DNA of 64,000 nt from Minisyncoccota bacterium (GTDB taxonomy: Bacteria > Patescibacteriota > Minisyncoccia > Phycocordibacterales > UBA2100): positions 25,772 to 89,771 of the forward strand of contig DASSSZ010000001.1 in NCBI GenBank assembly GCA_035708165.1, in the 5' to 3' direction. Positions 58,217-64,000 of the stretch are shown in pieces (position 1 is the stretch's first letter; each line of letters begins with the position of its first letter). Below the pieces are notes generated by a model. It did not search any database, had not been told where the DNA came from, and worked only from the letters and a program-made list of their open reading frames with translations. The position numbers and the translations under genes are program-made.

Positions 58217-58245
58217 GGCCCGCGCATCGCGCGGGCCGCTCTATT
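58217..58245 (+). terminator. GC hairpin (GGCCCGCGC atc GCGCGGGCC) after the 57596..58207 gene
   Basis: 9-bp perfect stem 10 nt after the stop; weak T-tract. Confidence 0.4.
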
Positions 58246-58431
58246 GCGTGCGAGGCGCCTGCTGGCGCCTAATCATAAGGCCGCTGTCATGGGTGCCAGC
58301 GGCTCGGTGCGCTAGGAACGCATAGATCGCAATAGCTGCCTCTGCCAGAAGCGCGAGGGCGGCCAGGCCATAGCAGTAGAACATCTGCCCTCTGCCAGTG
58401 CAGCGTTTTCTTTCTATGAAGAAGAGCTCAG

Positions 58432-59046
58432 TTACCGCCTATTATCGAGTGCATTCTGGATGGTCGCGGAGTCGGCATACTCGAGCTCGGACCCGGTCGA
58501 AAGGCCGCGGCCCAGCTGCGTGATCCGCACGCCGCGATCGCTCGCGATCGTTCCGAGGACTGAGCGGACATGATCGGCGGTGATATCGCCCTCCGGGTTT
58601 GCGGGAAATGCGAGGATCACTTCGGTAAGGCCGCGATCGGCACGCATCTGGACCGCATCGAGCATGCCTTTCTCGCGCAGGTTCGGCTGCTTGCTCGCCG
58701 CGAGCGAGATCGTGCCGCCCAAGACGTAGTAGCGGCCCTTGTACGAGCCGCTATTCTCCATCGCGCGCAGGTCAGCATCGGTCGCGACGATGGTGAGCAT
58801 CGCGTCATCACGGTGCGGATTCGCGCAGATGCCGCAGAGCGCATCACGGCCGTCGTGGAAGCGGGCGCACTCGGGGCAGTTCTTCGCGGCGCTCCCAGCC
58901 ATCTCGAGCGTGCGTGCGAGCTCCCGCCGGAAGCCGGCATCGGACTGCAAGAGGAAATAGACGAACCGGCGCGCCTGACGCGGCCCGATGCCCGGGAAGC
59001 GCTCAAACAGCTCAGCCAATCGCTCAAGGGAATCCATCGCGAGCAT
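58432..59046 (-). CDS. recR: recombination protein RecR
   Basis: HhH N-terminus (LAELFERFPGIGPRQARRFVYFLL), C4 zinc finger (CPECARFHDGRDALCGIC), Toprim domain. Confidence 0.9.
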   Translation of the reverse strand: MLAMDSLERLAELFERFPGIGPRQARRFVYFLLQSDAGFRRELARTLEMAGSAAKNCPECARFHDGRDALCGICANPHRDDAMLTIVATDADLRAMENSGSYKGRYYVLGGTISLAASKQPNLREKGMLDAVQMRADRGLTEVILAFPANPEGDITADHVRSVLGTIASDRGVRITQLGRGLSTGSELEYADSATIQNALDNRR

Positions 59047-59063
59047 TGTAGCATCGCAGAGCC

Positions 59064-60467
59064 TCAGAATGCGTCATCCGGGCCGGCTGTCATGGATGCT
59101 TCAGCCGCCTGCGCATCGAAATCGCTGAATTCGTTCTTCTCGACGGAGGTGAGCGATGCGTACTTCTCATCGAAGTAGAGGTCGATCTTGCCGACCGGCC
59201 CGTTGCGGTGCTTCTCGACGAGGATCTCGACGATGTTATTGCGTTCATTGCTCGATCGCTCGCCCATCATGTCCTCGCGGTGGATGAACATCACGACGTC
59301 CGCATCCTGCTCGATCGAGCCGGAATCACGCAGGTCGGAAAGGCGCGGGCGCCCGCGGCGCTGCTCGACAGCGCGGGAGAGCTGGCTGAGCGCGAGCACC
59401 GGCACCTGCAGCTCGCGCGCCATCATCTTCAGCGAGCGGGAGATCTCGGTCACTTGCTGCACGAGCGAATCGGAGGCACGGCCGCCCGTCGGGCTGATGA
59501 GCTGCAGGTAGTCGATGATGACGAGGCCGAGCCCCTTCTCGCTCTTGAGGCGGCGCGCCGTGGCGCGCATCTGCAGCACGGTCGCGCCAGGGTTGTCATC
59601 GATATAGATCGGCGCGTCGTTGAGGCGTTCCATCGCCTCCTGCAGGCGCATGAAATCGTCCTCGCCCTGGATCTTCCCGGTGCGCAGCTTCCAGGAATCA
59701 ACGCGTGCCTCGGCTGCGAGCATGCGATCGACGAGCTGGTCGGTGCTCATCTCGAGCGCGAAGATGCCGACCGCCGTGCCATGCTGGATCGCGGTCTTGC
59801 GTGCGATATCGAGCGCGAACGCCGACTTACCCATGGACGGGCGGGCAGCGAGGATGACGAGGTCGCTCGGCTGGAAGCCGGAGAGCATGCGGTCGAGCTC
59901 TGCGAAGCCGGTCGGCACGCCGCGGATGCCATCCTTCTGCTTCTGCAGCCGCTCGAGCCGCTCCCAGGCATCCGTGAGCCCCTCTTTCATCGAGGTGAAC
60001 TTGCGCAGGGTAGGGGAATTCGCCACCGCGAAGACGGCTGCCTGCGCCTCATCGAGGATCTGCTCGATCTCGCGCTCCTCGTCGAAGCCAAGGTCGCCGA
60101 TCCGAGCCGCCGCTTCGATGAGCGAGCGCAGCATGTACTTGCTCTGGATGACCTGCGCGTAGTGCCGCACGCTCGTCGTCGATGGGGTGCCGTTCACGAG
60201 CTCGGAGAGGTACGCCGAGCCGCCGACCTGCTCGAGCTGCTTCTTCTCCTTCAGCTTGCCCGAGAGGGACACCAGGTCCACCGGTTCGCCTTTCTGGTGC
60301 AGCGCGAGCATCGCGTCGAATACCGTACGGTGCTTGCTCGCATAGAACGAATCGGGCCGCACGATATCCGAGACCTCGTACATCGCGTTCGCGTTCAGCA
60401 TGAGCGCTCCGAGGAGCGCGCGCTCGATATCGAGGTCTTGAGGCGGCACGCGATCAGCCATGCCCAC
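59064..60467 (-). CDS. dnaB: replicative DNA helicase DnaB
   Basis: N-terminal DnaB domain (PPQDLDIERALLGALML), Walker A ARPSMGKSAFAL, Walker B LVIIDYLQL, RecA-like C-terminal domain. Confidence 0.95.
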   Translation of the reverse strand: MGMADRVPPQDLDIERALLGALMLNANAMYEVSDIVRPDSFYASKHRTVFDAMLALHQKGEPVDLVSLSGKLKEKKQLEQVGGSAYLSELVNGTPSTTSVRHYAQVIQSKYMLRSLIEAAARIGDLGFDEEREIEQILDEAQAAVFAVANSPTLRKFTSMKEGLTDAWERLERLQKQKDGIRGVPTGFAELDRMLSGFQPSDLVILAARPSMGKSAFALDIARKTAIQHGTAVGIFALEMSTDQLVDRMLAAEARVDSWKLRTGKIQGEDDFMRLQEAMERLNDAPIYIDDNPGATVLQMRATARRLKSEKGLGLVIIDYLQLISPTGGRASDSLVQQVTEISRSLKMMARELQVPVLALSQLSRAVEQRRGRPRLSDLRDSGSIEQDADVVMFIHREDMMGERSSNERNNIVEILVEKHRNGPVGKIDLYFDEKYASLTSVEKNEFSDFDAQAAEASMTAGPDDAF

Positions 60468-60646
60468 AGTGTATACCCCGGCGAGCAGGAGCGGAGAAAG
60501 CCGTCCCGCGGCGATCTGGGCATAGTCTGTGCATAAGTGCCGTGCGAGCAGGGAAGCGTCACATGCATGGGGCCGGCGATCAGCCCTGTAGGACCATTTG
60601 ACACGTCGTCATAAAATTGATACAAATTACGGCATAGATACTATTT

Positions 60647-61690
60647 GTGCGCAATAATATGGCGAGCAAACTGGCATTCTCACCCAAAGCGGTATCCCTG
60701 GAGCTCCTCGCAGAGCTGCCCGATCGCTCCCGGGCGATCCTCATCGATCGCTACGGCCTTTCGGGCAGCGCACAGAAGCGCACGCTCGAGGCGATCGGCC
60801 AGGAATACAGCATCACGCGCGAGCGTGTCCGGCAGATCGAGAACCATGCCCTTGCCGCGATCCGGGCTTCAGAGAGCTACCGCGCGCATCACCAGACCAC
60901 CTTCCAGGAGCTCAAGAGCGCGATCGATGCGCTGGGGAGCGTGCTTTCCGAGGCCTCGATCGTGAACGCACTGGGGGGCGCCGAGGACGGGCAGCACCTC
61001 GTCTTCCTCCTCACCGTCGGGCAGCCGTTCCAGTACGCGAAAGAGACTCCCGAGTATGTCGCGCGCTGGATGACCGACGCGCAGCTTGCCGAGCAGGTTC
61101 ATGCGGCGCTCGCGGAACTCGCTGGCATCATCTCCCGCGATGATCTCATCGCCGAAGAGGAGATCATGCGCCGCTTCGAGGGCGCGCTCGCGAAGTACGG
61201 CGTGAAGAAGGCGGATGCTGCGCAGCTGTCCTACTGGCTCGCGCTCTCCCGCATGATCGCCAAGAACCCGCTCGGTGAGTGGGGCCGTGCCGACTCGCCC
61301 CTCACCCGCGTGAAGAGCATGCGCGATTTCGCCTACCTCACGCTGAAGCGCCACGGCTCGCCGATGCACTTCACCGAGGTCGCGGAGACCATCGAGAAGC
61401 TCTTCGGCCGCAAGGCGCACCCGGCGACGTGCCATAACGAACTCATCAACGACCAGCGCTTCGTCCTGGTCGGGCGCGGGCTCTACGCGCTCGCCGAGTG
61501 GGGCTATCATCCGGGCGTCGTGCGCGATGTCATCCGCGAGATCCTCGCGAAGGAAGGCCCGCTCTCGCGCGAAGAGGTCATCGAGCGCGTGAAGCGCGAG
61601 CGCTACGTCAAGGACGCGACCATCACGGTCAACCTGCAGGACACGATGTTCGTCTGCACGCCGGACGGCAAGTACGCCGTCGCCGCGTAG
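60647..61690 (+). CDS. DNA-binding protein of unknown function: N-terminal sigma-70 region-4-like HTH plus C-terminal HARE-HTH/RpoE-delta-like winged helix
   Basis: N-terminus LSGSAQKRTLEAIGQEYSITRERVRQIENHALAAIR resembles sigma region 4.2. C-terminus MHFTEVAETIEKLFGRKAHPATCHNELINDQRFVLVGRGLYALAEWGY resembles the HARE-HTH of RNAP delta subunit. Start may be the Met at 60659. Confidence 0.55.
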   Translation: MRNNMASKLAFSPKAVSLELLAELPDRSRAILIDRYGLSGSAQKRTLEAIGQEYSITRERVRQIENHALAAIRASESYRAHHQTTFQELKSAIDALGSVLSEASIVNALGGAEDGQHLVFLLTVGQPFQYAKETPEYVARWMTDAQLAEQVHAALAELAGIISRDDLIAEEEIMRRFEGALAKYGVKKADAAQLSYWLALSRMIAKNPLGEWGRADSPLTRVKSMRDFAYLTLKRHGSPMHFTEVAETIEKLFGRKAHPATCHNELINDQRFVLVGRGLYALAEWGYHPGVVRDVIREILAKEGPLSREEVIERVKRERYVKDATITVNLQDTMFVCTPDGKYAVAA

Positions 61691-61743
61691 TACGGAAGCG
61701 GGCAGGGGATGAAGCCGTCGCGCTGCGACGGCTTCATGCATAT

Positions 61744-63081
61744 GTGGGTAGCGCCGAGGGCGCACGGGCACGCGGATGGTATCATTCCATCGTGCAGAAC
61801 GTCTTCGATTTCTTCGAGAAATGGGGGCTCGATAAGAAGTGGGTGCTCTTCCCGGCGGGCTTCGTCATGCTCATCGTGCTCGCTTGGCTCTACGAGGGCG
61901 AAGCGCCGGTGATCGGCGTCGCGTTCTCCTGGGCGTTCTTCTTCGCGCCCATCTGGCTCCCGGTGCTGCTCATCGCCGCCGGGTGGCCCTTGTGGCTCCA
62001 CTACGTCCGTACGAAATTCATCGCGAGCCAGAAGGTGACGCTCCTCGAGATCCGCATCCCGCGCGATATCCTCAAATCCCCGCGCGCGATGGAGCTCGTC
62101 TTCGACGGGCTGGCGTACGGCGGCGGCGAAGGCACGTTCATCAACCGCAATATCGAAGGCAGGGTCCGCCAGTGGTGGTCGTTCGAGATGGTGAGCATCG
62201 GCGGCCAGATCCATCTGTACATCTGGACGCGCGCCGGCATGCGCGACATGGTCGAGACGCAGCTCTATGCGCACTATCCCGGCATCGAGATCTACGAGGT
62301 GGACGATTACGCGACGCGATTCCATTTCGACCCGGCGACGACAGGCGCCTGGGGCTGCGATTTCATAAAGAACCCGAAGAAGCCCAAGGCGATGCCGCTC
62401 AAAACCTACGCCGATTACGAGCTCGACAAGAACCCTGATGAAGAGAACAAGGTCGACCCGATCGCGCACATCTACGAATCGCTCTCGGCGCTGAAGCCGG
62501 GCGAGCAGATCTGGCTGCAGATCATGTTCCGCCAGAGCAAAGAGGACCTATCGAAGGAGGTGCAGGAGACCATCAAGAAGATCCGCGACGATGCGACGCC
62601 GAAGTACACGGACGCGGAAGGCAACGAGCGCACCGGCTTCACGAGCCTCACGAAAGCGCAGGAGGAGCAGATCAACGCGATGGGCCGCGCGCTCGGCAAG
62701 AATGCGTTCGATATCGGGATGCGCACGGTCTACCTCTACCCAAAGGATGCTTTCAATTCCTCGCGCATCCAGATGCTCACCGGGCTCTGGCGCGCATTCG
62801 GCTCAGGCAATCTCAACAACCTGCAGCCGACCCGCTGGTTTACGACATTCAACTGGCCGTGGCAGGACTGGTTCATCTCGAAGGACGGCATGGCCGAGGA
62901 GCTCGTGGATGCCTACAAGCGCCGCTCCTGGTTCTGGCCGCCGTACAAGGAGGACCCGTTCGTGATGACGAGCGAGGAGCTCGCGACGATCTGCCACTTC
63001 CCGAGCTCGACCATCCAGGCGCCGGGCCTCGCACGGATCCCGGCTACGAAGGCTGAGGCGCCTTCGAACCTCCCTGTCTAA
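61744..63081 (+). CDS. membrane protein of unknown function (about 440 aa; start codon uncertain: GTG 61744 or 61792, or ATG 61876)
   Basis: two N-terminal TM helices (WVLFPAGFVMLIVLAWLY, GVAFSWAFFFAPIWLPVLLIAAGWPLW), then a large Trp/Tyr-rich soluble domain; begins ~55 nt after the preceding gene. Confidence 0.5.
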   Translation: MGSAEGARARGWYHSIVQNVFDFFEKWGLDKKWVLFPAGFVMLIVLAWLYEGEAPVIGVAFSWAFFFAPIWLPVLLIAAGWPLWLHYVRTKFIASQKVTLLEIRIPRDILKSPRAMELVFDGLAYGGGEGTFINRNIEGRVRQWWSFEMVSIGGQIHLYIWTRAGMRDMVETQLYAHYPGIEIYEVDDYATRFHFDPATTGAWGCDFIKNPKKPKAMPLKTYADYELDKNPDEENKVDPIAHIYESLSALKPGEQIWLQIMFRQSKEDLSKEVQETIKKIRDDATPKYTDAEGNERTGFTSLTKAQEEQINAMGRALGKNAFDIGMRTVYLYPKDAFNSSRIQMLTGLWRAFGSGNLNNLQPTRWFTTFNWPWQDWFISKDGMAEELVDAYKRRSWFWPPYKEDPFVMTSEELATICHFPSSTIQAPGLARIPATKAEAPSNLPV

Positions 63082-63245
63082 CGCATGACCTCGCACGCGC
63101 CGCCTGCCTCATTACAGGACCCTGATGGCTCCTGCGCCGTACGCCCTCGTACGCCTGCGCCGCCATCCTTCCTGTCTCTCGCAGCCCCGCGCGCGCAGCG
63201 CCATGCTCGCTTCCTGCGCATGCGGATGCGCACCCTCCTCAGCGC

Positions 63246-64000
63246 ATGAACATCCTCACCGACCTCTACGAGTGCTTCTACGGCCAGCTCCGCGATCTGC
63301 GCGACTGGCGAGTGCGCATTCGCGGCGCATGGATGAAAGATGCGAACAAGCGCAGCACCTACATCCTGCTTACGATCATCATCGCCGTATCGCTTGTCTA
63401 CTGGCTCCTGCTCTCGCCGCCGCCGGCGTTCCCGACATCGGATATCATCACCATCCCGCAGGGCGCGAGCCTCACCGGCACGGCGCAGGAGCTCGCCGAT
63501 GCGCATATCGTGCGCTCAGCGGCAGTGCTGCGGCTCATCGTCACCCTCGAAGGCGGGCAGGGGAACGTAGTCGCGGGCGATTACCAGTTCGCGACCCCGG
63601 TGAACGCGTTCTCGGTCGCGCACCTGATCACGACGGGCACCTTCGGCCTGGTGCCGGTCCGGATCACCGTCCCCGAAGGCGCGACCGTGGATCAGATCGC
63701 CGATCTGTTCGGCGCGCACCTCAAGAAGTTCGACAAGGCGGCGTTCGTCGCCAAAGCCAAGCCGCTCGAAGGCTTCCTCTTCCCTGATACCTATTTCTTC
63801 CTGCCGAATGCCGACCAGGATCAGGTGATGCGCACGATGCTCTCGAACTTCCAGATGCAGATCGCGCCGCTGCAGCCGGCGATCGCGACCTCGACGCATT
63901 CGCTCTCGGATATCGTGATCATGGCATCGATCCTGGAGAAGGAAGCGCGCGACTACACCGATCGGCAGAAGATCGCTGGCGTGCTCTGGAAGCGCATCGC
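63246..64000 (+). CDS. mltG: endolytic murein transglycosylase MltG (YceG-like), partial; continues beyond the window end
   Basis: manual translation from ATG 63246: MNILTDLYECFYGQLRDL..., a TM helix, then the YceG fold ending ...DIVIMASILEKEARDYTDRQKIAGVLWKRI (LEKEA motif); absent from the ORF track because no stop falls within the window. Confidence 0.8.
   Translation, partial: MNILTDLYECFYGQLRDLRDWRVRIRGAWMKDANKRSTYILLTIIIAVSLVYWLLLSPPPAFPTSDIITIPQGASLTGTAQELADAHIVRSAAVLRLIVTLEGGQGNVVAGDYQFATPVNAFSVAHLITTGTFGLVPVRITVPEGATVDQIADLFGAHLKKFDKAAFVAKAKPLEGFLFPDTYFFLPNADQDQVMRTMLSNFQMQIAPLQPAIATSTHSLSDIVIMASILEKEARDYTDRQKIAGVLWKRI

Overview
The window is a 64 kb high-GC bacterial chromosomal segment (GC roughly mid-60s %, by-eye estimate), densely coding on both strands. 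No rRNA, CRISPR array, transposase or integrase is visible.

Housekeeping backbone:
- rel/spoT 5' part (off the window edge), topA, dprA, serS, an FtsQ-like POTRA protein, dus, dnaX (short gamma-like form), a histidine phosphatase.
- umuD-umuC followed by a SAM-dependent methyltransferase, typA/bipA, msrA-msrB, tyrS, an FKBP-type PPIase.
- uvrB-murB, uvrA, uvrC-ddl, a pterin-4a-carbinolamine dehydratase, a P-type cation ATPase, rmuC, rplU, recR, dnaB, and mltG (partial, off the window end).

RNA genes (four tRNAs):
- tRNA-Gln(UUG) at 11234-11304, with the bacterial U1:A72 pair.
- tRNA-Ala(UGC) at 47411-47486, flanked by partial copies of itself.
- tRNA-Arg(CCG) at 49776-49847.
- tRNA-Ala(GGC) at 50508-50580.

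Accessory-looking stretches:
- 11.3-19.5 kb, immediately downstream of tRNA-Gln and a degenerate repeat of its 3' half. It carries an XRE regulator, a polytopic membrane protein, a secreted HKD/PLD nuclease with an OB fold, an MliC lysozyme inhibitor plus a CE4 deacetylase with tandem CBM-like repeats, an lmo0937-family mini-protein, a DUF1025-type HExxH protein and a GFA protein.
- 46.7-50.6 kb, with three tRNAs, tRNA fragments and secreted proteins.

Other notable points:
- An ECF sigma / DUF5667 anti-sigma pair is divergent from an msrA-msrB-mliC operon.
- Many small genes of unknown function carry their own RBS and intrinsic terminator.
- Most genes have a TAnnnT -10 box 6-10 nt upstream of the start codon, which suggests leaderless mRNAs.
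- A perfect 9-2-9 palindrome lies directly upstream of uvrA.

Caveat: the displayed sequence disagrees by one base with the supplied ORF track at some line boundaries (seen near 4141/4441, 15661 and 19501). Coordinates were anchored on the ORF-track frames wherever possible. Features with no nearby track-verified anchor, chiefly the terminators, may be off by one.
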